Positions 43,330 through 57,091 are shown, numbered from the stretch's first letter. The stretch: DNA of 64,000 nucleotides from Eledone cirrhosa (GCA_964016885.1 OZ024745.1:116002001-116066000), one strand, 5' to 3'. The notes: generated by a model from the letters alone, not told the origin. Program-made: numbers and translations.

Positions 43330-43927
43330 TGGTTAATGTGTAAACATTTTACCTGCTCCATCAAAAGAATTGGTGGGAGCATCAACCTTGAAAAAGATCA
43401 CATCTCAATCCTGTATAACTTTAGCATCCAAACAGACCGAAAAATATATGCAAATAGACCTGATATAATACTGAAGTACTTTAAAAATAGGGTGTCCCTG
43501 CTAATTGATATATCCGTTCCAATAGACGAGAATGTATAAAAGCATTTGAAAAATTGAGCAAGTATAAAGACCTGGAGTTAGAAATTAGAAAAATGTCGAA
43601 GTTGAGAACTAAAACAATACCAGTGGTTGTAGGCGCTCTAGGAGTGATACCTAAGTGGTCTAATGATTACTTATCGCAAATCCCAGGAAACCCGCGTATA
43701 GAAGAAATACAAAAGATAGTACTAATGGGAACTGCCCATATACTAAGGAAGATTCTGTCAATATAAGTACATCACAAGTCTAAACACCTAAAGATGCATG
43801 TGCGTGTATGTATGTTCTTTCTTGAACATGGCGGACCTTGTTGTCTCTTGAGGTCACTGGTTGTGACTTGGTTATAACTCGTATGAACATAAAGCAAGAT
43901 AAATGCAATAATAATAATAATAATAAT
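43330..43927 (+). mobile_element. R4/Dong-like non-LTR 3' fragment (REL endonuclease)
   Basis: IQTDRKIYANRPDIIL...LIDISVP...KYKDLELEI...IPVVVGALG...IQKIVLMGTAHILRKIL*; (TAA)n tail. Confidence 0.85.
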
Positions 43928-44071
43928 TGTTTCTACTTTAGGCACAAGGCCAGCAATTTGAAGGGAAAGGAAAAGTCAATTAAATAAACCCCCAGTGCAT
44001 TGCTGGTGCTTTGTTTTAACGACACCGTAAAGATGAACGGCGAAATTAACCTCAGAGGGATTTGAAATCAG
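43926..44071 (-). mobile_element. SINE family 1, diverged
   Basis: ttgtttctactttaggcacaaggccagc...gatttgaa. Confidence 0.7.
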
Positions 44072-44371
44072 AGAATAATAATTAATGTGAATTTTATTGT
44101 TGCTGTAATTAGAAATATTCTGTATGATATATTTCTGAAAAATTCTGCAGTCAATTGAGTAAGATTTTAGAGAATCTTTGTTTCACTTAAATTATGTTTG
44201 TCGTAGCTTTAAGGCGACATTTCAGAATTATGTAATGACTATCTTACACCTTCACCATCGCCACAGCCAACAATCCCTGAACTAGCACCAATATAACACA
44301 CCAACAGTAGCAATAGATTTAATTCTATGTAGCGTTAATTTTGAAATGGGGATAATTATAGCGATGTTAAT

Positions 44372-44587
44372 AATAATTGTTTCTACTATTGGCACAAGGC
44401 CAGCAATTACCCAGTACATTACTGGTACTTTTATCGGTACTATTACTGCTACTATTTTATCGACCCTGTAAGGATGAAAGGCAAAGTTAACCTCGGCGGG
44501 ATTTGAACTCAGACCGTAAAGAAACGTAACTCTATGCTAGAAAGCATGGCGTCCGACTCTCTACCGATACTGACAATTCACCACCAT
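44372..44587 (-). mobile_element. SINE family 1
   Basis: Reverse complement of consensus with a small insertion. Confidence 0.88.
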
Positions 44588-44599
44588 GTGATGTTAATA

Positions 44600-44997
44600 A
44601 TAATGATGAGAGTGTTGTTAGTGATGATGGTGATTATGAGGACAGTTGTGACGACACAATGACGAGGGCGGCGATGACGATGACGATGAAGATGATGATG
44701 ATGATGATGATGATGACTAAGGTCATGTTAATGATTATATCATGATTATCATTGGGATAAAATCATGATTGATTTAATAATGGAAATGATGGCGCTGGTG
44801 TTGGTGCTGATAATTATATCGTATAATAACGATAATAATGGTGGCGATGACGATATTGATGGAAATGATGTTTTTGTTGTTGTTGTGGATGATGATGAAG
44901 CGGATGACGATGATAATGACGATTTCGGTTATCGTGATGAAGATTATGTGCTGAGGATAATACCTGGGATAATAATGACGATAATGACGTTGACGAA

Positions 44998-45052
<55 letters not shown>
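44600..45052. repeat. Degenerate and pure (GAT)n microsatellite
   Basis: Direct reading. Confidence 0.9.
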
Positions 45053-46204
45053 TTGGCGTCTTCTTCGTTTGTATGACACAGCAATTACGTGACATCTCAC
45101 AGCACTGCAATCAGCTGACGGGTTTGGGATTAGGGTGCTTGAGGTCCACACTCTGAGGTGGGTGGAAATCCGGGCACTCAGTATGTGTTCTGCAGTCTGA
45201 TCTTGTAAGACAAACTGTCAGGCTACTGATGGTTGCAGCACCCATGGATGTGTGGCTGCATTGAATCGACTGACACCTGTGCCTAACCGATTCTAGGACA
45301 CGCACTCCCTCTGGTAGGAAGGCTGTATCGGGATTGACATACATTTGAGCCTGGCGAGATATATGTTGCCAGCTTATTCTTCACGTCTGAATCGAATGGA
45401 GTTTCGCAGCTTTGCTGCATGACAAGGGAAAGAGCGGCGTGACAGAAAGCGGTGTGGCAGATCACTTATGTCTATTGATGTCTTGGTTAGGAGCAATGTC
45501 TGAGAGCATAATTGGTGTATGGCGGAGACATCAAGTGATGAGCGTTAAGGCATTGTTCAGGGCTGTATTCTTCTTACTGTATGGGGAACTATAGTGAGGA
45601 GGCGCTGCACACCAGAGCTAGGGTGCTTGTACGTAGAGTGCATGTGCTGTCACTCAAGGTTGAGCCGGGTAAATAGCGTTGAAATATTTTCCTCGTAGAC
45701 ACATTTGCACGTAAGGACTCGCGGTGTTGTCTGGAGCCCAGCTCTAGATCAGCTGTAGGTTCAATTTTATTCCGAAATAACAACGTGTGGCATGATATGG
45801 GAGATGTGTGCGACAGAAGTTAATGGTGAGCTGGAGATTGATCTCATTAGTATTCAGGTGGAATACTGTTGCAGTCGTCTATGACTTTCTCGGGTTCAAT
45901 CTCCAGGTCTTGAAATATTTTGAGGTGGGATCTGAAATCTGATCCCTGAATAAGCAAACGAGAACCTGACGTCGAAAATATTGATCCAGTTCAACCCCCA
46001 AAATACGAGGAAGAAAAATTATTAGTGTGTTGCTTCCGGAGGATTACTTGAGAATTACGTATAACTTCTAGATATCTTTGGTCTGTCAATGTTACCATGG
46101 GTATTCTCATAAACCGTACAGGCACAGAAATCTCGGTACCCAGGCCAGTTTCAGATACATGCACAACGAGGCAAACGTTATGCACTTTTATATATTTTGT
46201 CGTC

Positions 46205-46314
46205 AGAAAATATTTTTGATATATTTGTAAAAATTAAGAGAAAATATTTTTGATATATTTGTAAAAATTACGAGAAAATATTTTTGATATATGTGTAAAA
46301 ATTACGAGAAAATA
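46205..46314. repeat. 34-bp tandem repeat, about 3 copies
   Basis: agaaaatatttttgatatatttgtaaaaatta(a/c)g at 46205, 46239, 46273. Confidence 0.9.
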
Positions 46315-46479
46315 GTATTCCCCAGTCAGTAGCGACATTTACGATGTAAAATATATTCAACGTGTTAGTAGAAAAAAAGCAATAAAATATAGAATATAAC
46401 AATTATACAGCACATATTCAAAATCATTAATGCGCGTTTTGACACAAAGAGCAATATCCAGAATTTCAATAGCAATTGA

Positions 46480-47620
46480 AGATGCGTGATCAGCCATGAA
46501 GAAAGACTTGGACTTAGGTTAGCGCCAGAGAAAAATAGACATAAGTGAAGTATGTTACCAAAGGCACTCATTTCGGTCGTAGGAATGAAAGGGAAGAAAG
46601 TAACATACATATGTTTCGACATGTTGCCAAAATAGGAGGTTGTAGAAAAGACCGTGATCGATGTACGGAATGATGTATTTTCTGTTGACTGTGGCAAGGA
46701 ATATGAAAATGTATGCCTGGTTTTTAACACCAAAATGGAGAGAGGGAAAAAGCCTATTTCTGTGCACCATACACTTACCTACAAGATGGTACCACAATAT
46801 ATGGGATGGTGGAATATAAGTGTCGCAGACAAAGATATTGGCTGTGGTGTCGGCTTTTGGTTTAGCTTTATGGTTCCACAACAAAATAGTCAGATTGGGG
46901 GAAACCAAGGTGACACCAATAAACATATTTATGAGTTGTGCCAATACAGATATTGAAGTCCAGATGATCCTCGAAAATTACAAAATTATTTCTTCGTATC
47001 CTCTCCACCCTGTGGGCAAGACAAAAACAAGGACAATGAGGTTAGAGGACAGAATCCAGTTATCACTCAAGTAAAAGGCAAACGACAGTAAGCGGAAGAC
47101 AATAGTTGGGGTACTCCTAGAAAGCACAATTTCCAGATCATCGTCGGTCGAGGTTTCGAGGATAATAAAAATATCACGTTGTTTTCGATGACTGAAGTCG
47201 ATGACCAGGTGGACGTCCCCTCCCACGGCTAGTAATACAAATCAATTCGCTTACAACGATCGAGAGAAAGTAGAAGTTGGAAATCGTCGCAAAATGTCGA
47301 CAACAGTTGAGAAAAGGAAGAAAATAAGTCGAAATCAAATGTAAGATACACAAGGGAAATCTAATCTCTCGGAACTGATGGATCTATTGAAGGAATTAGG
47401 ATTCGGTGAAGTAAGTACTATGTTGATCGAGGAAAACATCAACTTCGATTTTGTAGAATCAGTAAATGACATGTAGTTGATGGAAATCAAATTAGCAGTT
47501 TTATCGATAGAACATGCGAGATATATCTTGTTCGAGAGCTAATTTGCACATGAAATACTATTTTCCAAAAGGAAAGTACGATTGGTGTCACTATTCGGTG
47601 ATTTTCCAACGTGGGCTGGA
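46480..47620 (+). mobile_element. Old, decayed ORF1-like LINE remnant
   Basis: GKEYENVCLVF...YKMVPQYMG...ISV aligns by eye with QKYGTVDVFF...FTLVPSYCG...IRV at 43008-43300. Confidence 0.4.
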
Positions 47621-47624
47621 AGAC

Positions 47625-47708
<84 letters not shown>

Positions 47709-47791
47709 TCTCTCTCTCTCGCTCTCTTTCTCTCTCTCCCACTCTCTCTCTCTCTTTCTTTCTTCATATATATATATATATACATTCTTTA

Positions 47792-47857
<66 letters not shown>

Positions 47858-47861
47858 CATT

Positions 47862-47909
<48 letters not shown>

Positions 47910-47913
47910 CATT

Positions 47914-48024
<111 letters not shown>

Positions 48025-48179
48025 TCTATGCAATATATCCCTACATTTGTATGTATTTAATCTAAGCTTTCAATATATTTCAGTACATAATATGCTGTTG
48101 TTGTTTTTACTATTCAGTTTGTTTTAATATACAAGTAATAAGGGTTTCGTATTCACACGACTATTAAATCATCGAACTA

Positions 48180-48572
48180 AATGCTTTCCAGGTCGCTAGG
48201 ACCAATCAGGTGTCTGCGAAAGATCCTGGGGATTAAATGGTGTGACCATGTAACAAACCAGGAAGTCAGGAACCGCACCAACCAGCAGCTAGTCTCTTCT
48301 ACCATCTGCAAGGGACACCTGAGCTGGTTTGGACACGCTTTGAGACTTCCCCCTGAGAGACTGGCAAACCAAGTAATTAAATGGAGCCCGCAGGGAAGCA
48401 GACGAAGTGGGCGACTCAATATGAACTGGCGCCAGACAGTTGAGAGGGACCTGTGAGCGACAAACAGACAATGGCGGGACGCTGTGCAACTGGCTGCTGA
48501 CCGAACGCGATGGAACACTATGATTGCCTCATGCGTCGCAAGACGCGGGAGCTTCTGAGTCTGAGTCTGAGG
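48180..48572 (+). mobile_element. RTE-type LINE 3' fragment
   Basis: RCLRKILGIKWCDHVTNQEV...WFGHALR...W.PQGSRRSGR...WRQTVERDL; (ctgagt)n tail. Confidence 0.85.
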
Positions 48573-49570
48573 TAGTGATGTCTATTTGTCTACTGATGTC
48601 TAAGTGCTTGATACCCTCCACACAATTTGCGACATTATTCCCATTTTAGAAACGATTACGATGTTAAGGGTGGCTCGTTAACCGAAATTTAGAGTGATAG
48701 AAAAATTTGCCGTATTTATTCAGAAAATACAGAGGGCGACATTGCTCTCCATTCTTCAGGTTTCTATAAAATCAGTACCAGTAAAATATTGGACTGGTTC
48801 ATTCGACTATAAGCTTAAATTTCTGTGCTAAAAATTCTGACCTTGTTCCTACGTAAGAAATAAAATGCAGTGGACGAGCAGAATCTGTAGATGCTGCTTA
48901 TATAGTTTCAGCAGTATGTAAAACTGCCTCCACAAAAAGAAAAACGAAAGATAAAGGGGGAGAGATAGACACAGAGATAGAGAGATACAAGTAGTGTGAT
49001 ATGTAGAGAGAGTAGGATTAGGGCAGGGACGCAGATGTGAGGCAAGGTAATAGGAAAGCATAGAAGAAAGACAGATAATTAAAGAGATAAAGAGAGAGAA
49101 GGAAACCTGAAAGATAAAGTGATGTGATAGTGACACACGTTGAAGATAGTTGGACGGGGGAGAATGAGAATAAGAGAATGAAAAGGAAAATACGAATGAG
49201 AGAAAGAGGAGGAATTGACAATGTTATGTGTTAAAGATGGCGCGAAATTGCTGGAGAAGGGAAACAATAAGGAGCTATTGTGTAATGAAAAACTGGGAAA
49301 AAGCAGAAGAGAAAGAAAGATAGTTTATAGGTAAACTGAAGTGTATGAAAAAAACACAAGCAATATCGATATATAGATAAGGAAATCAATAGATATTCAT
49401 ATTTGTAGGTAGATAGATAGAAAGAAAGGAAGAAATATTGATAGATAGACGGGTGGATGGATACATAAATAGATTAATATATAGAGAGAGAAATATATCG
49501 AGAGAAAGATATAAAGATAGGTAGATAGATATATAAAAAGATAGATTGATAGATAAATAAGTAGATTGAT

Positions 49571-49624
<54 letters not shown>

Positions 49625-49699
49625 TAGAGATAGAGAGAGAGAGAGAAAGAGACAGAAAGGTATATATATATATATAGATAGATAGATAGATGGAAAGAT

Positions 49700-49945
49700 A
49701 TATTTTTTTATTTGTCACAAGGGGGCACAATAAAAGGGTACAGTTCAAAGACACATGCCGTGTAAAAATATTATTAAAACAAGCAAATTTGACAATCGAA
49801 AATCCCCAATAGGGGGAGGCGTTACAAATGGGTTGTTTAATACCCCATCGCTAGAACAACCCTCACCTCCAGGAGCGTGTTGTGCAAGTGTTCCTTTCTT
49901 CATTTTGCTCTCACCTTCAACCTACAGGTTTATATACAGAAATGG
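49700..49945 (-). mobile_element. L1/Tx1 3' UTR fragment, inverted relative to its neighbour
   Basis: Minus strand cctgtaggttgaagg...gtgcccccttgtgacaaataaa then a (TATC)-like tail. Confidence 0.7.
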
Positions 49946-50525
49946 AACGCCTTCTTTCGCGGGTGGGACCAATCCGGTTGACCACCGAGTACATTGTCAC
50001 GATCAAACCGCCCCCCCCCCCCTTCAAAAACGAAGGAGAGACGGTTTTCCTCTGTGTGATAGCTATGGCGAAAGATATTGTATGGTGGACGAGGTTGAAA
50101 GGGCTGAGGTCAGACACCTTTCTCTCCGGCCAACAACTGGTCCTTTTTTTCAAGTACCATTTTAGAAGAAGGATCAGAATGGAGAGAGATGTGCTGTACC
50201 CCAGCAAGTTTTATGAAAGGTGGGTGGACCTAGCGAGAATGGCCCGAGTGAATGGGCCTTCTCTCTATATACCCCTGTAGGTGAGAGAGGAGAAGAAGGA
50301 GGAAAGGAAGGGAGCACCCGCTCTTTGTGCTCCGGAGGAGGAGGGTGGCACATTTTTTTCGGGGGTGTGTGCGACCCACGTCAACGCCCCCTCCCTATTG
50401 AGGACCTCGATTGTTGAATTTGATTTTTTATATGTTTTTACACGTCCTTTGGAATGTATGTAAACTCGCCCCCCCCCCCGTATTTGTCACAATCTTTGAT
50501 GCCCTGGTGGCAAATAAATAGAAAG
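49946..50525 (+). mobile_element. L1/Tx1 3' fragment
   Basis: ERLLSRVG...WWTRLKG...ERWVDLARMARV; aataaa, (TATC) tail. Confidence 0.85.
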
Positions 50526-50589
50526 TTATCTATATATCTATCTATATATATAGAAATCAATCAATCAATCAATCTATCTAAGAGTTGGA

Positions 50590-53500
50590 TGTGTGAATGT
50601 ACGCGGCCTGGGGATGCCCAGGAAACAGGGAAAACTCTTAAACGACCTCAGGTCGCACAGTATGGATGTAGTAGCCATGTGCGAGTCCAGGATCCACAGC
50701 GGGCGACAACTGGTCCCCATTTTCTACGACTTTGAGATCTACACATCTATCTGTCAGCCGGGAGGTGGGGGCAGGGGTTGCCGTTTTGCTGCGGAAGCAC
50801 CTAGACCTCGTAACACAGACGCTACATCTGGACCCGGAGGGTCGACTGGTGGTCCTAGACGTTGACGGTAGTGAAGGTGGAGTCTTCAGGCTGGTGGCCT
50901 CATATTCCCCATCCGGGACACCGCGGCCAGACTTCTTCAAACGTCTAGAGACTTTTCTGGGAACATCACGCTACCTGCTCTTAGTGGGGGACTGGAATTG
51001 GAATCCTAGATGCACGTTGGGACTATGTGGGAGCATGTCCCGATAGAGAGGGGTGTAACAGCCTCAAACCGTTAATCGGCCAGTTGAAATCGGCTAGTTG
51101 AAATCGGCCAGTTGAAATTGACTAGATTTTCCAACTATGCCACAGTGGACGTGGACCAACCACACCGGAACATCTAGATCGTATCTAGATGGGTTTCTAG
51201 TTAGAGTTAGTGATAGGGACATGTTAAGCTATCCACAAATGTTCATGGTTGCCTATTCAGATCACAAACTAGTGACCTTCTTAGTCAACCTTTAATAGAA
51301 CCCATAGACAAGGACCCGGCTACTGGAATCTGAACTTGTCGTTACCAACATGCAAAGCCTACTGTAGACGGATTAGCCCTTTAGTTAAGCAGCACTTGAC
51401 GGAGGCCATTGTCAACAACAGATGGTGGTACTCTCTCAATAGGGCAGTCAGATTAGACTCGATAGGTTTTAGTAAAGAATTAGTGTTAAATAGAAATAAG
51501 ACCGAAAAGAACTGGTAGATAAAGTAGAAGAGGCACTTAGGAGTGGCACCGTAGCCAGCGTGCTAGCGACGAGTACGGCCTTGGACCAGTTCTTCGACGC
51601 AACGCACGAAGGCTGCGTTGTCAGGGGCAAAATACGTGCTCTGGGAAACGAGGGAGCCAAAACTGTTAGCTAGGCCCGAGTGACAGAGGTGAAAAGTGTC
51701 AACAAGCCAACGATTCGGTCTTTGAAGGACTAAGACGGACGCGTGATACGTGAGCCGAAGCAGATGTGCGTGGCCTTTCAGCAGCACTTTGCTCAACTGT
51801 TCGGGCAGGGCGGCGCGACGGGAGGGCCTATGAATTTCAGTCCATACATCGACGGCCTGCTGCGACTCTCGGACAGCGAGGTTAAGTTCCGCGAAAGGCC
51901 GATTTCGGCCGCTGAAATAGGGGACGAGTTGAGCCAATGCGGCAAACGCAAATCTCCAGGTCTCGACGGTCTACCCTACGAATTTTACGTAGCAATGCCG
52001 GACTTGTTCTCCGGTCTCCTGGAAGCGGTCTACTTCAACTGGCAGCAGAACGGGGGAATTCCCGTTTCTGTGACCAAGGGCGTAGACACGTTAGTCAGGA
52101 AGGACGAGAATAAGGGGGATGACATAGGAAACTTCCGGCCCATAACTCTGCTAAACACAGAGTTACAGATTTTGGCCAAGGTGTTGGCAAAAAGGCTGGC
52201 GTTTGTCGTCGACAACCTGGTGGGAGAAGCGCAGACATGTGCAATCCCGACCAGGTCCATACACGATAACCTCCTCCTCATGCGATACATCATAGAGAGA
52301 GTAGGGTGTAAACCCTGCTTCGGTGGAGCCCTGATTAACTTGGATCAGTCTAAGGCTTTCGATAGGGTTGACCATTGTTACCTGGATGCGGTGCGCGAGG
52401 CGACAGGCTTCGGACCCGTGTTCAGGGGCTGTATTGCTGCAATGCACAGCAGCAACATCTGCTCAAGGGTCAGGGTGAACGGCTACCTCTCGGAGCCGTT
52501 CCATATCACACGATCCATCCGACATGGATGCCCTCTCTCCTCCCTTCTGTACGTACTGACTCTCGAGCCACTACTGCTGAAGTTGGAGCTATTGCAGGGC
52601 ATCCCTCTAGAACCGGAACTGCGAAAAGCGGTGTTGGCCTACGCCAACGACGTAACAGTAATGGTGTCGAGCACCTCGGAAATCGGGGAGGTCGGGACCT
52701 TACTGAAGGAATACGAAAGGTTCACAGGAGCGAAGCTGAAGCGAGACAAATCTGTCGGTTTGCAACTCGGAAGGTGGAGTGGCAAACCGATGCCTTCCAA
52801 TGCCGGTGTCGGACGCTGGACGGAAGGACCGGTAAAGCTGCTCGGGGTCTAGTTTGGTCCGGACCTCCAGGTGGAGAAGAACTGGAACGAGGTGACGCCT
52901 AAGGTGTTTGCGCTCACCCAGAAGTGGGCCGAGTGCAAACTATCCTTGAAAGGTCGAGCGGAGGTGTCGAACACTTTTATAGCGTCCGTCATATACTACT
53001 GGTTGACCGTCGTGCCTTATCCGGCCAAAACGAGGAAACCGTCGCGCACGCATTTGTACACTGCCCGGGCGTTACCGACCTGTGGGGCTATGTAGAACAG
53101 CTTTTGTCGTAGGAGGGACCAATCCATTTGACCACCGAGTTCATTGTCATGATCAAACCGCCACTCTCCTTCAAAAACGAAGGAGAGGCGGTTTTGCTAT
53201 GTGTTATGGCTATGGTGAAAGAGGTTATATGGTGGACGAGGTTAAAAGAGCTGAAGTGAGACACCTTTCTCTCTGGCGAACAACTGATTCGTTTTTTCAA
53301 ATATCATTTTGGAAGAAGAATCAGGATGGAGAGAGAGGTGCTGTACCACAGCAAATTTTATAAAAGGTGGGTGAATGTGGAAAGGATAGCCCGAGTGATT
53401 GGGCCTTCTCTCTATATAAGCCTGTAGGTTGAGGAAAAAGAGGAAGAGATGAAGGGAGTACTCATTCTTGGTGCTCCTGGAGATGAGGGTTGTACATTTT

Positions 53501-53661
53501 TTCGGGGTGCGTACAAGCCCTTTGGAACGCCCCCACCCCCTATTGGGGCTTTCAATTGTCATTTGTTATTTTATTAATAGTTTTATTTTCATATACCTGT
53601 ATTTAAACTCCCCATTTGTATGTGTCCCCTTCTTTTGTGTCCTTGTGGCTAATAAAGAAAT

Positions 53662-53662
<1 letters not shown>
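50590..53662 (+). mobile_element. L1/Tx1-clade LINE ORF2 pseudogene (APE endonuclease, RT, C-terminus, 3' UTR)
   Basis: NVRGL, GVAVLL, GRLVVLD, VGDWN, SDH (APE); KSPGLDGLP, NFRPITLLN, LDQSKAFDRV, GCPLS, YANDV (RT with YADD altered); frameshifts; apparent internal deletion near 53020. Confidence 0.93.
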
Positions 53663-53732
<70 letters not shown>

Positions 53733-53733
53733 A

Positions 53734-53775
<42 letters not shown>

Positions 53776-53776
53776 G
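53663..53776. repeat. (TATC)n tail/microsatellite
   Basis: Direct reading. Confidence 0.95.
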
Positions 53777-54072
53777 TTAATTGGCAATATTAATCATTTC
53801 TGTTTTCATTAAACCTTTACTCCTCCGGATGTACAACATCTTTGTTTCGTGGTTGCTTTTTACTAGTTCATTGTACACTTCTTTATATTACTTCTAAAGC
53901 TGCCTCTAACGCCTCTAACGCTGGATTTGCTAAGGCTTTGTTATACACAATATATTTTCGCGTTTACGTCTCTATATTGTAATAACATAGGTATTGGTTA
54001 AATAACTTGTATAGAAAGATTTGTAAGGCTATTGAATGAGTTGAAAAATTTATAACATCATCTTAATCTGCC

Positions 54073-54173
<101 letters not shown>

Positions 54174-54291
54174 TATATGTGTTTGTATCTATGTATATAT
54201 ATATATATATATATACATACATATATATATATATATATACACACATATATATATATGTGTGTGTTTGTATGTATGTATGTATGTATGTATG

Positions 54292-54380
<89 letters not shown>

Positions 54381-54604
54381 AATGAGTGAAGAATAACACC
54401 GTCGGCTGTACAATAGAGTTTATTCAAAATATTAGCAATTGTTTCATTAGTCCGGTGTGTTTAAAAATCTCAGTTCGCAAGATTCTACGTTACCCTATTT
54501 TAATTACACTCGATACCCGGCCAAATCAGCAGAATACTGCTCTGTGTACATGATACAGTGCGTTACTATTTATAGATACATGGAAAATTAATATGAATGA
54601 AAGC

Positions 54605-54639
<35 letters not shown>

Positions 54640-54651
54640 GAAGAAGAATAA

Positions 54652-55535
54652 AGATTTCTTTATTAACCACAAGGGTTTACATAAAGTTGACATTAAGGAC
54701 AGTGCAGGACAATACAGGGCGGTACAAATAGGCATTTCTGCGTGTAAAAAACCAAAACAGAGGATGTAACAAAAAAATAACAATGAAAAATTCCCCAATA
54801 GGGGGGAGACTTCAGAGGGACATTTGTGGAGAAAGCCCATTAAAAGACCACAGTGACCCTGACCACCAAGGCAAGTGCCCTCTCCCAGTTTTCCACCTTT
54901 AATTTACAGATACATACTCAGAGTAGGCCCATTCACTCAGGGGATTCTTGCTTCTCTCACCCATCTTTCAACAAAATGCTGGGAAGAGAGCACTTCCCTC
55001 TCTACTCTGATTTTCCTTTTCAAATGAAATTTGAAAAAGTCAATCAGGGCATCACCGAAGAGGTAAGTGCTCGTCTTCAGCCCTTTCAAACGTGTCCACC
55101 ATATATCTCTTTCGCCATGGCCACCAGACAGATAACAACTACCTGCCCTCCCCGGCTAAAGGAAGAGGGCGAGGCAATCCTCACGATGCACTCAGCTGAT
55201 AGCCGGATCCGTCCTACACGCGACAGCAGGTGTTCGACATAAATCCACAAGTCAGCAATTCTCGGACACTGGACGAGTGCGTGCAGGACTGTTTCGTCGC
55301 ACTGCGCGCATCTCGGACATGCCCGGCTGACGGCACCTCCATGCCTGTAGAGTTTATGCCGAACTGGCAAGGCTCCTCGGTAGCACTGCCAGCCCAGGGA
55401 TTTCTGGAAGCTGTCCATAGGCCCCGACCCGAAAATTCTTCCGAAGAGATTGGCTAGTTGATTTTCGTCGAGGCTTAGTGTCTCCCCAAGTACGTCGTCG
55501 CTCTTCCCCTCCACTAATCCTCTATAGAACGCCGA
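54652..55535 (-). mobile_element. L1/Tx1 3' fragment
   Basis: WQCYRGALPVRHKL...ACPRCAQCDETVLHALVQCP; aataaa then (TTC)/(TTA)n tail. Confidence 0.88.
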
Positions 55536-55908
55536 GGTGGAGTTTCCACCGATCACATTGCCCGATTGGTCGACCTACACATGCACGCCACACACACACC
55601 TTTTCCTGAACATGGAACCTCGTTCTTCCCCCAACTCTCACATTCACATACACACACACAGACGTACACCTACACAGATATACAAACAAGACCTTCAGCC
55701 CTCCCTGCTCGGACCCTCCGCCTCCCTCTCCCTACTCCACCCACCCCTACACGCCCCACACCCTTCCAACTCTTGTTTATCTTTATGTTTATTTTTATTT
55801 TTATTTGTACCCCTTCCACCGTGTTACCTCCCTTTTCTTACCCCCCTTTTTTCTAAATGTCTCTCCACCACTCCCCCACACACCCTCGGAACTCTCTTCA
55901 CACCCACT

Positions 55909-55948
55909 TTTCTCCTGAAGAAGAGCTTATGCCCGAAACGTCCCCCCA
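55909..55948 (+). ncRNA. Minimal hammerhead core (GAAACGTC type), stem I not paired
   Basis: CTGAAGA(55915-21)-agagc-ttat-gccc-GAAA(55935-38)-CG-TC; after a CT-rich tract and before aataaa and (TA)/(TG)n. Confidence 0.5.
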
Positions 55949-56206
55949 CACTCTCAAGAGCGTGAAACTAATAAACCTTTGTTTGTTCTGCCTCTCTGTT
56001 TTCGTTCCCGTTCTAGTTTTCACAATATATATATGTGTGTGTGTGTGTGTATGTATATATATATAGAGAGAGAGAGGGAGAAAGAGAGAGAGAGCGAGAG
56101 AAGGAGGGAGAGAGGAAGCGTGAAAGCTAATATATACATTATCTTTGAGTCAAGACCGTTCTTTATGGATATGTGTTCAAGTATTACGCTATAGTCTGGT
56201 GAGAAA

Positions 56207-56388
56207 ATAACTGTTTCTACTTTAGGCACAAGGCCAGCAATTACCCAGTGCATTACTGGTACTTTATTTTATCGACCACGTAAGGATGAAAGGCAAAGTC
56301 AACCTCGGCGGGATTTGAACTCAGATCGTAAAGGGACGTAACTATGCTGGAAAGCATGGCGTCCGACCCTCTACCGATACTGCCAATC
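56207..56388 (-). mobile_element. SINE family 1
   Basis: Near-identical to 21935-22122. Confidence 0.92.
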
Positions 56389-56694
56389 GACGTATTATAG
56401 GGAATAGAAGATTTATTAAAGTGTTGTTTGCATAGTTGTACAACAGTAAAATATTATAGATATATTATGACTTCAATTATAGCTTCGTGTGAAATGACCA
56501 TGCATTTATCTATATTCATTTCTTTGGGGAAAGATTAAGGTAAGTGAATAATTATCAGACTAGAAATTGCTCCAAATACATAATAAAGGTTATAGATTTT
56601 AAAACCTGTTCCTGCACCAATACATACGTAGAATTTCACCAAGATTAGTTGTCAAGGTCTTCATGAAAACTACACTTTTAAGTGGGAAGGAAAG

Positions 56695-56774
<80 letters not shown>

Positions 56775-57037
56775 TGGTGGTGGTAAAAAAAAAAATAGTC
56801 TAGATAAGTGAATCTGTTTCCGCACGGCTCTTTACATTTTTGATAATCAATCTGTCTTTGGTTTCATGACTCGTTCATGTCTTTTCACTTTATACTTTTT
56901 GTTCTGTCAATATTATATATTTTCCGACACACACCGGATCCATTAAGCAAAGATTTGCATTTTTGATGACATACTGGTGGGAAATATATTGAATTTAAAA
57001 GCTTCTAGAATGACCTCTTTCCCCCACGTTGAAAGAA

Positions 57038-57091
<54 letters not shown>

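Noticed and set aside
44765-45151. Poly-Met, poly-His and poly-Ser ORFs
   Set aside because: Translations of the (GAT)n microsatellite.
51743-52852. Functional reverse transcriptase gene
   Set aside because: YADD altered to YAND, no proper start, flanking stops and frameshifts; LINE pseudogene.
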